Assembly: GCA_963807225.1 (NCBI GenBank)
Contig: CAWEAD010000005.1
Span: 544,456-608,455, forward strand
DNA: 64,000 bases
Source: an uncultured delta proteobacterium
GTDB lineage: Bacteria; Desulfobacterota; Desulfobulbia; Desulfobulbales; JAGXFP01
Reading direction: 5' to 3'
Shown: positions 37,182 to 48,168 of the stretch, one piece after another
Layout of the letters: each line of letters opens with the position of its first letter
How positions within the stretch are numbered: position 1 is the stretch's first letter
Translations under genes and position numbers: made by a program
Notes under the pieces: generated by a model
What the model was told of the DNA's origin: nothing
Databases searched by the model: none
The model's input: only the letters and a program-made list of their open reading frames with translations

Positions 37182-38036
37182 ATGCCGGAATTACCTGAAG
37201 TCGAAGTTGTCTGCCGCGGTTTGGCCCCAATGCTGATCGGTAGAAAAATCAAGGCCGTCACCTTCGGCAAGCTGAATCTGCGCCTGCCTCGGCCGGATCG
37301 AAAAATATCCGCCCGGCTTGCAGGTCGGGCAATTACAGCGGTACGAAGACGGGCCAAGTACATCATTATAGAACTGGACTCATCGGCGTTAATAGTCATC
37401 CACCTGGGGATGACCGGCCGTCTCGGCCTCTTTCCCAGCCATTCTCCACAGGCTAAACACGATCACGCCTGCTGGCTTCTGGACAACGGTCTGGAGATGC
37501 GCTTCAACGATACCAGGCGGTTCGGCTCAATTCAGGTTTTTGATTCGGAGCAGAGCGCGGAAGAATTTTTCGGAACCATGGGCCCAGATCCTTTCTGGGC
37601 AAGCTTTACCGCGACCTACCTGGCCGACCAGGCCAAGGGAAAGAGCCAGCCGGTAAAGAATTTTCTAATGGATAACCATATCGTTACCGGCATAGGCAAT
37701 ATTTACGCCAGCGAGATCCTCTTTGCCAGTCGCGTTAATCCGACCACCCCGGTTCGGGAATTATCAACTGCCGAATGGCGAAGAATTGTCATCAACAGCC
37801 GGACCATCCTGACCGCTGCCATTGACTGCGGGGGGTCGACCATTTCCGATTACGTTAACAGCAGCGGTGAAAAAGGATATTTCCAGACCAAGCTCAAGGT
37901 TTACGGCCGGGACAATGAGCCCTGTCCGGACTGCCGTGGACCGATCGGTCAAATCCGCCTGGGCGGCCGGGCCAGTTACTTTTGTTCCCGGTGCCAACCC
38001 GCCAGCCGCAAGCAAAAATCTAAAAAGAAGCCCTGA
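37182..38036 (+). CDS. mutM: Formamidopyrimidine-DNA glycosylase
   Basis: MPELPEVE, HLGMTG, GIGNIYASE and C-terminal Zn finger CPDC...FCSRCQ. Confidence 0.97.
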   Translation: MPELPEVEVVCRGLAPMLIGRKIKAVTFGKLNLRLPRPDRKISARLAGRAITAVRRRAKYIIIELDSSALIVIHLGMTGRLGLFPSHSPQAKHDHACWLLDNGLEMRFNDTRRFGSIQVFDSEQSAEEFFGTMGPDPFWASFTATYLADQAKGKSQPVKNFLMDNHIVTGIGNIYASEILFASRVNPTTPVRELSTAEWRRIVINSRTILTAAIDCGGSTISDYVNSSGEKGYFQTKLKVYGRDNEPCPDCRGPIGQIRLGGRASYFCSRCQPASRKQKSKKKP

Positions 38037-39171
38037 GCCCGAGCTTCCGACAGGCGGCAACCAGCTGGACGGCGGCCCTGGCCAACTCCGGCCTCTTCTG
38101 GTGCAGGGTTACGGACAACCTGATTCTGGCCGACCCTTCCGGCACCGTCGGCGGCCTCACCGCAGTGACAAAAAGTCCCATTTTGCGGCATTCATCAGCC
38201 AGTGCAAGAGATTGTCCGCTATCTCCCACCAGGATCGGGATGATCTGGGAAGGACCGGGCGCACCCGTCATTCCTTCACCGACCAGGCATTCCTTAAAAT
38301 AAACGACATTTTCAGCCAGTTGCTGGCGCAGGTCCGGCTCTCGTCGCACCAGCCTTACGGCTGCCAGGGAAGCACCGATTACCGCCGGCGGCAAACCGGT
38401 GGAATAGATAAAGCTGCGGGCCCGGTTGATCAGATAATCACGCAGAATCTGCGAACCGGCCACATAGGCGCCATAGCTGCCCAAGCCTTTACCGAAAGTC
38501 CCGATAACCACGTCAACCCGCTCCGCAAGTCCATATTCCTGGACCAGCCCTCCCCCCTGCCGGCCATATATACCGGTGGCATGGGCCTCATCCACCATCA
38601 GCAGACAGGAGTATCTTTCTTTCATTTCCGCCAACGCCGCCAATGGCGCGATATCACCATCCATGCTGTAGAGGGACTCAACCACAACCAACGCTCGGCC
38701 ACCGACCCTGCACTTGCTTAACAATTCTTCCAGGTGAGACAGGTCGTTGTGACGGAAACGCAACAATCTGGCGCCGGACAACCGGCAGCCATCATAGATG
38801 CTGGCATGATCGAGTCGATCGGTGAGCACTGTGTCACCCCGACCGACCAACGTCGGAATTACCCCGACGTTGGCCAGGTAGCCACTGCCGAAAACCAGAG
38901 CGGCCGGGCATTCCTTCAAACCGGCCACTTCATCTTCCAGCTCATGGAAAAGGGCGAGGTCACCGCTCATCAGCCGGGCGGCACCAACCCCGGCTCCGTA
39001 ACGGGCCAGGGCGGCCTGGCCGGCCGCAATCACTTCTGGATGTACCGAAAGGGCCAGATAATCGTTCGAGGAAAAATCCAGCCTCCCGGCCCCTCGTTCG
39101 GCCACCGGCTGCAGTTGGCGATAACGCCCGCTGGCAATCTGCTCAGCCAGGCGGTCTTTCAGGAAGTCCAT
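38020..39171 (-). CDS. bioF: 8-amino-7-oxononanoate synthase
   Basis: DFSSNDYL, SGYLAN, DHASI, VVESLYSMDGD, DEAHATG, TFGKGLG. Confidence 0.95.
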   Translation of the reverse strand: MDFLKDRLAEQIASGRYRQLQPVAERGAGRLDFSSNDYLALSVHPEVIAAGQAALARYGAGVGAARLMSGDLALFHELEDEVAGLKECPAALVFGSGYLANVGVIPTLVGRGDTVLTDRLDHASIYDGCRLSGARLLRFRHNDLSHLEELLSKCRVGGRALVVVESLYSMDGDIAPLAALAEMKERYSCLLMVDEAHATGIYGRQGGGLVQEYGLAERVDVVIGTFGKGLGSYGAYVAGSQILRDYLINRARSFIYSTGLPPAVIGASLAAVRLVRREPDLRQQLAENVVYFKECLVGEGMTGAPGPSQIIPILVGDSGQSLALADECRKMGLFVTAVRPPTVPEGSARIRLSVTLHQKRPELARAAVQLVAACRKLGLRASF

Positions 39172-40079
39172 ATCTGCTTGATCGCCGCAACAAACCGGTT
39201 ATCCTCTTCCGGTAGTCTGCCGCGCTGGGTCAGGTAACCGCCAATCATCATCCCATCTACCCCGGCCATGAAGGCCAGTCCTAGAAAATCTCCCAGAGTG
39301 CTTTCTCGGCCGGCCGCCAGGCGAATAGGCAAATCCGGCAAAATCAAGCGGTAGAGGGCCATGGTTCTGATGATTTCGTTGACTTCCAGGGGAGGCATAC
39401 CGGCCAAGGGGGTTCCCGGCAAAGGAATCAGGACGTTGAGCGGTATCGAGGCAACTTCCAGTTCCTTGAGGGTCAAGGCCATGGAGAGGCGATCAGCCTC
39501 GGATTCTCCGAGCCCGAAGATGCCGCCGGCGCAGACTTCCAGGCCGGCGGCTTGGGCCGCTCTGATCGTGGCCACCCGCTCGTCGAAACTATGGGTGGTG
39601 GCGACCCGGGGAAAAAACTCCCGGGAAGTTTCAAGGTTGTGGTGGTAACGGCTTAGTCCGGCTTGTTTGAGAAGGGAAAAACCTTCCCGATCAAGAATTC
39701 CCAGGGAGGCGCAAACCTGAATCTCCACCTCTTCCCGGATTGCCGTAACCAGTTCGGCGATCTGGAAAAGCTCCTTCCGACTTGGCCCCCGGCCGCTGGT
39801 GACCAGGGAAAACCTGGTCGCGCCGATCCGTTTGGCCTCCCGCGCTGCGGCCACCACTTCTTCGCGCCCCTTCAGCGGATAAACCGGGGCGTCCGTATGG
39901 TAGTGGATGGATTGAACGCAGAAACGACAATCCTCGCTGCATTTTCCCGACTTGGCATTGATAATACTGCAGAGCGAAACCTGCTGGCCGCGCCGGGACA
40001 ATTTACACTCCAGAGCCAGGGCCATCAATTCGGGGAGGGCCAACTGCCGCCAACGGTCTATATCCTGTTTAGCGGTCAT
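39159..40079 (-). CDS. bioB: Biotin synthase
   Basis: INAKSGKCSEDCRFCVQS, YHHNLET, CAGGIFG, RLAAGRE. Confidence 0.95.
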   Translation of the reverse strand: MTAKQDIDRWRQLALPELMALALECKLSRRGQQVSLCSIINAKSGKCSEDCRFCVQSIHYHTDAPVYPLKGREEVVAAAREAKRIGATRFSLVTSGRGPSRKELFQIAELVTAIREEVEIQVCASLGILDREGFSLLKQAGLSRYHHNLETSREFFPRVATTHSFDERVATIRAAQAAGLEVCAGGIFGLGESEADRLSMALTLKELEVASIPLNVLIPLPGTPLAGMPPLEVNEIIRTMALYRLILPDLPIRLAAGRESTLGDFLGLAFMAGVDGMMIGGYLTQRGRLPEEDNRFVAAIKQIWTS

Positions 40080-41436
40080 GCTTCCTTAACCCGAAAATTC
40101 CGCCCCCGCCCTGGTTTACCAAGGCCGGGGCCCGACTGCTCCGGCGCCGACCACTTCGGCGCCGCCCCTCCCTTCGCGGTTCTGCGGCGGGCGAGGGAAG
40201 TGGAGTGCTGGGAATCTTTGCCGGCTCTCCCCCGGCGGCTTCCCGACAGATCTGGAAAAAAAGCAGCCCCTCCGGGAAGTAACTTTTCTTGGTCAGCCAT
40301 TGGGGCCAACCTTCTTTTCCACCATGCCGGTTGAAAACCGGCAGGTTGACCAGCAAGGCGGCAATTCCTTCTTTCTGGGCTCTGGTGACATTCAGCTTCA
40401 GCAAGAGGCGATCCACGCTGGCCCTGGTTTCCCGGGCAAAATTTGCCCCAGCTGTACCTTTGTCGGGAGCGGCCAGCAGATCCAGTTCGCTTTTGGCCCA
40501 AGGCAACAGGAGTAAAGACAGAAGGATATGCTCCGGCAGCCCTGCCCCTTCTGACTGAAAACGGTCCGCCACCTCCAGGTTGGCGAGCAGCTCCGTTTTC
40601 CCTTCTGCCAAAACCTCCGCGGTGTAAAAAGGGAATAGAACAGTGAATAGACCGCAGTCCAGGGCCAAACGAGCCCAACCTGCGCTGGCCCCGCTTTTCA
40701 GATCCTTGAAGAGCTCGTCCCGAATCCGGGATTCGGGACATTGCTGGAGATAATCAAGATGATCTTTGATGGCCCGCCAGGATTCCGGTTCTATGGTAAA
40801 GCCTATACGGGCGGCATGTCGGACCGCCCGCATGATCCGAACCGGATCGCGCCTGATCCGGCGGCCGGGATTGCCGATAATCCGGATAATTCCATGATCC
40901 AGGTCGTCAACCCCGCCGACATGATCGATTACGGTAAAATTGGCGATGTCGTAAAACAACGAGTTGATCGTCAAATCCCGACGCAGGGAGTCTTCAGCCA
41001 CCGTTCCGAAGGTGTTATTCGGGGGCAAGACCTCTTCCGGACCATCCAGGTCGTATTCGCTAAGACAACGCAGAGTCGAGACCTCGACAATCTTGTTGCC
41101 AGGAAAAAACACTTGTACCAGCCTGAAACGCTTGCCGATCACCCGACTGTTACGGAAGATCTTTCTGATCTGTCCGGGCCGGGCATCGGTACTGATATCG
41201 AAATCCTTCGGGGTTTTGCCGAGATAAAGATCACGAACGCCGCCGCCGACCAGGTAAGCGGCAAAACCGGAATCACGCAGGCGGTACATGACCTTCAATG
41301 CTTCAAGATCGATATCCTTCCGCGAAATCGGGTGCTGGTCCCTGGGAATAATTCGGGGTGGCAGCGGCACGACCGTTGTATTCTGATGAGCAGGCTCAGA
41401 CATCCTGTCTAGGGGTGGGGGTGCATTGGTTAGCAA
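40069..41436 (-). CDS. pcnB: Poly(A) polymerase I
   Basis: VGGGVRDL...KDFD, the PAP signature IGKRFRLV, RRDLTINSL, DPVRIMRA. The true start may be slightly downstream. Confidence 0.88.
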   Translation of the reverse strand: MLTNAPPPLDRMSEPAHQNTTVVPLPPRIIPRDQHPISRKDIDLEALKVMYRLRDSGFAAYLVGGGVRDLYLGKTPKDFDISTDARPGQIRKIFRNSRVIGKRFRLVQVFFPGNKIVEVSTLRCLSEYDLDGPEEVLPPNNTFGTVAEDSLRRDLTINSLFYDIANFTVIDHVGGVDDLDHGIIRIIGNPGRRIRRDPVRIMRAVRHAARIGFTIEPESWRAIKDHLDYLQQCPESRIRDELFKDLKSGASAGWARLALDCGLFTVLFPFYTAEVLAEGKTELLANLEVADRFQSEGAGLPEHILLSLLLLPWAKSELDLLAAPDKGTAGANFARETRASVDRLLLKLNVTRAQKEGIAALLVNLPVFNRHGGKEGWPQWLTKKSYFPEGLLFFQICREAAGGEPAKIPSTPLPSPAAEPRREGRRRSGRRRSSRAPALVNQGGGGIFGLRKHDR

Positions 41437-41495
41437 AAATTATGAAGTTGCGTTCGTGGGGCCCCACGAATCAAGAGCCGTCGGAGAACATCATT

Positions 41496-42491
41496 TCAGG
41501 CCGGAGACATGACCGGCCACTTGGTATTTTCCTTGTAGACCGATTCTGCCTGACTGACAAACTGATCGAAAACCTCTTTAACCGTAAGAATGTCGTGAAT
41601 TTTATAGACATTCTCACCGGAAAAAACCAGGCCGTCTTCCACATTACCATCCCGGGCCAGATTGAGCCGCTCGGAAATACAGTAGACATGGTCACATTTT
41701 TTGAGACATTTATAAATACATTTTCTGGCTTCCAAGCCAACTCCGCCATTCTTGAGTTTCTCGACGAAGGGTGTCTTGATGGCTCGGCCGGGTAAACCAA
41801 CAGGAGAACGGATCAAGACCACGTCCTCCTTTCTGGCGTTAAGCATAGCCTGCTTAAACTTTTCCGAGACTGAACACTCCTTGGTCAGGACGAAACGGGT
41901 AGCTACCTGCACCGCGTCGGCGCCATACTTGTCCATCATCTCGCCCATCTCGTAACCGTTGGTGATGCCACCGGCGGCGATCAGCGGCACCTTCTTCACG
42001 ACTTTACGAATCTCCGGGAAAATATCCCGCAACGAGCGATCGGTACCTAGATGGCCCCCGGCTTCCTTGGCTTCAACCACAATGGCCGCCGCTCCCAGTT
42101 TTTCCGCCAGTTTGGCGAAAGCAGGCGAGGATACAATGGAAACGATGGGAGTCTTGGTTTCCTCGCCGATTTTAAAAATATCCCGAGAAAAACCGGCACC
42201 GGTGACAATCATGTCGACTCCGGCCTCGATGGAAGCCATTACCAGTTGGTAGAAATTTTTCATGGCGAACATGATGTTCACCGCAATGATTCCCTTGGTG
42301 GCGGCCTTGGCCCTGCGGATATCGGCCTGTAGTTCTTCGACCGGGATTGAAGAACCGCCGATGGTGCCTATGCCTCCGCACTCGGCCACCGGGATCGCAA
42401 GATCAGAGGTTGAAACCCGAATGGACATGCCACCCTGAACCAGTGGTATAGGGGCGACAAAAGGGCCAATCTGCAAAGGAGGAAGCTTCAT
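41496..42491 (-). CDS. Nitronate monooxygenase / FabK-like FMN oxidoreductase
   Basis: PLVQGGM, VEAKEAGGHLG, IAAGGI, AVQVATRF. Confidence 0.85.
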   Translation of the reverse strand: MKLPPLQIGPFVAPIPLVQGGMSIRVSTSDLAIPVAECGGIGTIGGSSIPVEELQADIRRAKAATKGIIAVNIMFAMKNFYQLVMASIEAGVDMIVTGAGFSRDIFKIGEETKTPIVSIVSSPAFAKLAEKLGAAAIVVEAKEAGGHLGTDRSLRDIFPEIRKVVKKVPLIAAGGITNGYEMGEMMDKYGADAVQVATRFVLTKECSVSEKFKQAMLNARKEDVVLIRSPVGLPGRAIKTPFVEKLKNGGVGLEARKCIYKCLKKCDHVYCISERLNLARDGNVEDGLVFSGENVYKIHDILTVKEVFDQFVSQAESVYKENTKWPVMSPA

Positions 42492-43002
42492 TAGTGAAAT
42501 AATCCTGTGGAGTATCCGGTTAAGGTTGCAAGAATGATGAAACAAGTTGAGATTTCAACAAAATATCATGTTCTCCAGCCGATAAGCTCAGGAGCACAGG
42601 GGAATATGACGTTTTTAACTATGTTTGTCAAGCAAACCGGGAAGCTTGAAGCCTCCAGCCAACCAATTATGCCTGGAATACGAGGCTAGCCTGGCACCAA
42701 AATCTTACCCAGTCAGATCAGGCCATGGCAACCGAATAGATGCGGTACCCCCTTGCCCGACAGGTCGTCTCGCGGCACTGATGCGGTGAGATTCCGTTGC
42801 TAAGCAAAACAAACTGAGTAACATCCGGAAGATTTTCCAGCCAGCCATTTCCACAGGCGAATTGCGGGCAGGAACTAGGCTGCGAGATCTGGTCCGTCAC
42901 TACATCTTATTGACTGATCCGACAAGCTGGGGCACAATGGCAAATTCAAGTTAAGATCGATCGGTCGGCCGCTTTCCTGAAAAACTTGGTAAAAATTTTG
43001 AT

Positions 43003-43578
43003 ATGAAAATTGCTCCCGGAGAAATAGGCTTCGATATCGACGGCGTGGTTGCCGATACCATGGAAGCCTTCATCAGGCTGGCGGCTCGGGATTTTGCAAT
43101 CCTGGTCCGGCCGGAACAGATAACCGACTTCATGGTTGAAGAGTGTCTCGACATGGATCCGCAGGTGGTCGAGATCATTTTTAACCGTTTGATGAAATCG
43201 CCACTGGAAGAGGGGCTGCAGCCAATTTCCGATGCCCTCCCGGTCCTGCAGTTCCTGGCCGAGCAGGCTCCGCTATCCTTTATCACCGCCCGTCCCGATC
43301 CGGCCCCGATAGCTGCCTGGCTGGAAAAGCATCTAGGCCGTCGGGTATTCTCCCAGGCTCGACTGGTGGCCACCGGTGACCATGACGGCAAGGTAGCCTT
43401 CATTAGAGAGCTTGGTCTGCGCTACTTTATTGATGATCGTCCCCAGACTTGCCGGCAATTAGCCGCGGAAACCGACATCACCCCGATAGTTTTCAGCCAA
43501 CCCTGGAATCGTGGGCGGCATTCCCTTGCCTCGGTTGAAAACTGGATAGAAGTCAGGCAACTCTGCCTGGCTTCTTAA
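43003..43578 (+). CDS. HAD-superfamily phosphatase (5'(3')-nucleotidase-like)
   Basis: DIDGVVAD (motif I), ITAR (II), K (III), YFIDD (IV). Confidence 0.8.
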   Translation: MKIAPGEIGFDIDGVVADTMEAFIRLAARDFAILVRPEQITDFMVEECLDMDPQVVEIIFNRLMKSPLEEGLQPISDALPVLQFLAEQAPLSFITARPDPAPIAAWLEKHLGRRVFSQARLVATGDHDGKVAFIRELGLRYFIDDRPQTCRQLAAETDITPIVFSQPWNRGRHSLASVENWIEVRQLCLAS

Positions 43579-43597
43579 CCTGCACCCGAGGGCGAAA

Positions 43598-44050
43598 ATG
43601 AATTGTCCGAAATGCGGGCATAAACTGCAAGATTTCCGTAACCCCCTACCGACTGTTGATGTTATAATTGAAACCATGAACGGCATAGTTCTGATCAGGC
43701 GCCGCAATCCGCCACCGGGTTGGGCCTTGCCCGGGGGCTTTGTCGACTATGGCGAAACCCTGGAAGAGGCGGCCCGGCGTGAGGCTTTTGAGGAAACAGG
43801 CCTGCGGGTTCATTTATTAAGGCAACTGCACTCTTATTCACGGCCGGACCGTGACCCGCGTTTTCACACTATTTCCACAGTTTTTCTGGCCACCGCTGAG
43901 GGGCTCCCGACTGGCGGTGATGACGCGACCGAAGCACGAATCTTCACCGAGGAAAACTTGCCGCCTCTGGCCTTCGATCACCGAGAGATAATTAATGACT
44001 ACTACCGCACAAAAAGATCAGGCGACCAAGGCCCGGATCCTATTAGTTGA
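43598..44050 (+). CDS. Nudix hydrolase
   Basis: [24 protein letters not shown] Nudix box. Confidence 0.92.
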   Translation: MNCPKCGHKLQDFRNPLPTVDVIIETMNGIVLIRRRNPPPGWALPGGFVDYGETLEEAARREAFEETGLRVHLLRQLHSYSRPDRDPRFHTISTVFLATAEGLPTGGDDATEARIFTEENLPPLAFDHREIINDYYRTKRSGDQGPDPIS

Positions 44051-44921
44051 CGACGACCAATTGGTTCTGGAACTTCTCGGCTTGTCTATCGATTCATTTG
44101 GCTTTGAACCAGTCATGGCCCATAACGGTAAAGAAGCCCTGACATACCTAGAGAAACAGGAATTCGAGATTGTCATCACCGACATGATGATGCCGGAGAT
44201 GGACGGGATGCAGCTCCTGGCCCAAGTCAATAAAAAATACCCGAAAACCGATGTGATCGTGGTCACCGGCTACACAGGTACTTTCAGTTACATGGACGTA
44301 ATCCGCGCCGGAGCCAGCGATTTTATCTCCAAGCCCTTCAATTCGGACGAATTGGAAGCTAAAATCAACCGTATCCTCCGAGAGCACCAGCTGATCCGCA
44401 AACTGGAACATCTATCCAATTGCGATCACCTGACCGAATTGTATAACCGGCGCTATTTCGATCAGAAAATCATGGAAGAAGCCCACCGAGCTAACCGGCA
44501 AAACTACCCGCTCTACCTGATCATGCTGGACGTCGATAACTTCAAGGCATACAACGACCAATACGGACATCAGCGTGGCGACCAAGTGCTGATCAGTATC
44601 GCCGATATCCTGCGCAAATGCACCAGATCCGACGTGGACTTGTTGTTCAGGCACGGCGGCGACGAATTTTCCGTCATCACGCCGCATATTACCAGAGAGC
44701 AGGTAACCGGGGTCGGCGAACGCATCATCAAATCTTTCACCGAAGGCGCTTTTGAGAATACCGGTCTCAGCCTGGGCATCGCCAAATTCATTCGCACCGA
44801 AAGCTCCTGGGCCCACAACATCCACAACCTGGTGGCCCGTGCCGACCAGGCGCTATATCGGGCCAAAGCCCACGGCCGTAATCAGATGATCTTTGCCCCC
44901 GAAACAGCACCTGCCGACTAG
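43995..44921 (+). CDS. Response-regulator diguanylate cyclase (REC-GGDEF)
   Basis: LVDDD...ITDMMMP...TGY...SKPF receiver domain; RHGGDEF. Confidence 0.9.
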   Translation: MTTTAQKDQATKARILLVDDDQLVLELLGLSIDSFGFEPVMAHNGKEALTYLEKQEFEIVITDMMMPEMDGMQLLAQVNKKYPKTDVIVVTGYTGTFSYMDVIRAGASDFISKPFNSDELEAKINRILREHQLIRKLEHLSNCDHLTELYNRRYFDQKIMEEAHRANRQNYPLYLIMLDVDNFKAYNDQYGHQRGDQVLISIADILRKCTRSDVDLLFRHGGDEFSVITPHITREQVTGVGERIIKSFTEGAFENTGLSLGIAKFIRTESSWAHNIHNLVARADQALYRAKAHGRNQMIFAPETAPAD

Positions 44922-45100
44922 GTCGGTCTTCAGAAGACCTTACATCCCTAACCTTTACAAACTACGATTAAATTTCCCCACCCGACTTAATCTTCTCATT
45001 CCCTCATCTACCCAGTCTTTTTTTCAAGAAAATATTGTTTTTGCTCGGTCTCTCTGGTATATAAACCGCTTTCTATTAAAAGGAAGGAGGAATCAACTTA

Positions 45101-46819
45101 ATGGCAACCACCAAAAGCACAACCGCAACCACAACCACCGCAGGGGACATGGGGTCCTTTGCACAACTCTTCGAAGACAGCCAGGTAAAAGTGGCTGATG
45201 TCGGCGAAGTCGTCATTGGCACTGTCATCGGTTTGACCCGCGATCAGGCCATCATCGACATCGGGGACAAATCGGAAAGCACCATTCCCCTGTCCGAATT
45301 CAAAGTGGATGGGGAATTAAGCGACGTAAAAGTCGGCGATACTTTCGACGTTTTTGTCGAAAAGCGTGAAGCCGAAGGCGGCATCAGGCTCTCCCGAGAG
45401 AAGGCTATCGGCATCAAAGTCTGGGAAGAAATCGCCAAAATTCAGGAAGAGAACGGCACCATTCAGGGTCGGATCGACAGCCGCGTCAAGGGCGGACTTT
45501 CGGTCGACATCGGCGTCCCCGCCTTCCTGCCCTATTCTCAGATCGACCTGCGCCCCGTCAAGGACATGGACAGCCTGATCGGCAAGACCTTTGACTTCCG
45601 GGTACTCAAATATAATCGCAAAAGAAACAACGTCGTCATCTCCCGCAGGGCCATCCTGGAAGAGGAACGTAACAAGCTCCGGGCCGAAATGCGTTCCACC
45701 CTGGAAGAAGGGTCCGTGGTCAAGGGATCGATCACCAATATCACTGATTACGGTATCTTTATCGACCTGGGCGGCATGGACGGTCTGTGTCATATAACCG
45801 ACCTTTCCTGGGGCCGGGTTTCCCATCCATCCAAACTCTTCAAGGTCGGCGACGAAATCGAAGTCAAGGTTCTCAAATACGACCGGGAAACCGACAAGGT
45901 TTCTCTGGGTGTCAAGCAGCTCAAGGAAGATCCCTGGAAATCGGTTCAGGACCGTTACCCTGTGGGCACCAAGACTATCGGCACCGTGGTCAGCACCACC
46001 GATTACGGCGTCTTCGCCGAACTGGAGGAGGGGGTCGAAGGCTTGATCCATATCTCCGAAATGTCCTGGTCGAAAAAGACCCGTCATCCCTCCAAAATCC
46101 TCGACATCGGCGATCAGGTTGAAGTTCAGATCCTCAACATCGATGCCGCCGCCAAACGGATTTCCCTGGGCATGAAGCAATTGCAGCCTAACCCGTGGGA
46201 TCTGGTTTCCGAGAACTACCCGGTGGGCTCGATTATCGAAGGAAAAATCAAGAACATCACCGATTTCGGCATCTTTATCGGGATCGAGGAAGGCATCGAC
46301 GGCCTGATCCACGTTTCCGATCTGTCCTGGACCGAGCGCATCAAACATCCGTCTGAGAAATACAGCAAGGGTGAAACGATTCAGGCTGTAGTCCTTAAGA
46401 TCGATCGGGAAAATGAACGCTTCTCGCTGGGCATCAAGCAGCTGGAGCCGGATCCCTGGTTGGCTGCGGTGGAAAAGTACCCGCTCGGTTCCAAGGTGGA
46501 AGGAAAAATCACTAATGTCACCGACTTCGGCATCTTCGTTGAACTGGAAGAGGGCATTGAAGGTTTGATCCACGTTTCGGAAATCAGCAAGGATAAGGTG
46601 GAAACCCCGGTCGGTCTTTACAACGTCGGCGATACCATCGAGACCAAGGTGATCAATGTCTCGGCCAAGGACCGGAAGATCGGACTTTCCATCAAGGCCC
46701 TGACCGATGATTCCGCGGCCGGCAGCTATGCCGACTACCAGAAGAAAGAAGCCAGTACTTCACCGACTACCCTTGGCGACCTGCTGAAAGAAGCGGCGGA
46801 GGGTGAAGCCAAGGAGTAA
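45101..46819 (+). CDS. rpsA: 30S ribosomal protein S1
   Basis: Six S1 repeats (YGIFIDLGGMDGLCHITDLSW, FGIFIGIEEGIDGLIHVSDLSW, etc.); RBS GGAGG. Confidence 0.97.
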   Translation: MATTKSTTATTTTAGDMGSFAQLFEDSQVKVADVGEVVIGTVIGLTRDQAIIDIGDKSESTIPLSEFKVDGELSDVKVGDTFDVFVEKREAEGGIRLSREKAIGIKVWEEIAKIQEENGTIQGRIDSRVKGGLSVDIGVPAFLPYSQIDLRPVKDMDSLIGKTFDFRVLKYNRKRNNVVISRRAILEEERNKLRAEMRSTLEEGSVVKGSITNITDYGIFIDLGGMDGLCHITDLSWGRVSHPSKLFKVGDEIEVKVLKYDRETDKVSLGVKQLKEDPWKSVQDRYPVGTKTIGTVVSTTDYGVFAELEEGVEGLIHISEMSWSKKTRHPSKILDIGDQVEVQILNIDAAAKRISLGMKQLQPNPWDLVSENYPVGSIIEGKIKNITDFGIFIGIEEGIDGLIHVSDLSWTERIKHPSEKYSKGETIQAVVLKIDRENERFSLGIKQLEPDPWLAAVEKYPLGSKVEGKITNVTDFGIFVELEEGIEGLIHVSEISKDKVETPVGLYNVGDTIETKVINVSAKDRKIGLSIKALTDDSAAGSYADYQKKEASTSPTTLGDLLKEAAEGEAKE

Positions 46820-46834
46820 TCCGGCTTCCGTCCG

Positions 46835-47765
46835 ATGATGCGTATTGCCGAGGCATTCCGCGGTAAACACCCGGTAATTCTGGGGTTTATAATCCTGATC
46901 GGGGTATTCCTCTGCTCCTGGCTGAGCCTATCAATTTACCTGTCCCTGTTTCCCGGTAACGGGCAGGGACAGGTAATTTTCTCCTCGACTTCGGGCAAAA
47001 TCGGAGTCGTCGAGATAAAGGGCGTCATAACCTCGGCGGAAAAAACCATTCGGGAACTGACAGATTTTCGCCAGAACCGGCATATTCGCGCGATTGTTCT
47101 CAGAATTGACAGCCCAGGAGGCGCAGTCGGCGCCTCCCAGGAAATATACGAGGAAGTAAAGAGGACCAACTCCGTTAAACCGGTGGTGGCCTCATTCGGT
47201 TCGGTGGCTGCTTCCGGGGGATACTACGCCGCCTTGGGAGCCCGCAAAATCATCACCAGCCCGGGTACCATGACCGGTAGCATCGGCGTGATCATCAAGC
47301 TCCCCAACTTGACTGGATATTTTTGACAAGATCGGTTATCGCTCCGAAACTGTTAAGAGTGGCAAGCTTAAGGATATCGGGGCCGTTAACCGGCCCATGA
47401 CCATCGAAGAACGCGCCCTGCTGCAGGATATTATTGATAACGTCCATCGCCAGTTTATCGATGCCGTGGCGCAAAGCCGAAAGCTTCCAATAGAGCAAGT
47501 GCTGAAATTGGCTGACGGCCGTATATTCTCCGGTGAGCAGGCGTTGAAAGCTGGATTGGTTGACCAGTTCGGCAATTTCACCGATGCCGTAACCCTGGCT
47601 GCGCGCCTGGCTGGCATGAAAGATGAGCAACCACCGCTGGATTATCCGCGCGAAGGGAATTTCTCCCTGTTGCGTCTGTTGATGGGTGAATCGGCTGAAA
47701 GCCGGTTGCAGGGTCTGACTTCGTTATCTCCGACCCTGGCCTACGAACTGAATTTCAAACCATAA
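46835..47765 (+). pseudogene. sppA: Signal peptide peptidase SppA, frameshifted in a T5 run (47320-47324)
   Basis: RIDSPGG, VAASGGYY, TGSIGV in frame 1; DKIGYRSETVKSGKLKDIG..RPMT...ADGRIFSG..A..GLVD in frame 2. Confidence 0.88.
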
Positions 47766-47819
47766 TAATCTGCCGGACAGGTTCCACCACCGGAACTGAA
47801 CCAAGAGGAAAGGCTAGCC

Positions 47820-48104
47820 ATGCTGAAAAAGGATCTGATCGACAAAGTAACCAGCCAAATGGAGGGTTACCTTAAAAAGGACATCGCCACCGCAGTGGAT
47901 ATCATTCTGGAATCCATCGTCGAAGCCCTTATCCAGGGACAGCGGGTGGAGATCCGGGGCTTTGGCAGTTTCAGTGTCCGCAAGCGTAAAGCCAGAAGTA
48001 CCAAGAATCCCAAAACTGGTGAAATCATGAACATTCCGGAGCGCCGGACCCTTCATTTCACCATGAGCAAATCCCTGAAAGATCCGTTGGCCGGCAAGAA
48101 ATAA
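47820..48104 (+). CDS. ihfB: Integration host factor beta (HU/IHF family)
   Basis: RVEIRGFGSF..RKRKAR..KNPKTGE; follows rpsA-sppA. Confidence 0.9.
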   Translation: MLKKDLIDKVTSQMEGYLKKDIATAVDIILESIVEALIQGQRVEIRGFGSFSVRKRKARSTKNPKTGEIMNIPERRTLHFTMSKSLKDPLAGKK

Positions 48105-48168
48105 CCGGTCAACGTCTTTACTTCAGCTTGGTTTGCAGACTCACCAGGATCCCATCATCCAACACATC

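Noticed and set aside
42631-42692. c-di-GMP-I riboswitch-like fragments (GCAAACC ... AAGCCTCC)
   Set aside because: The P2 GAAA tetraloop and the GGGACGCA segment are absent, and the spacing is about half that required.
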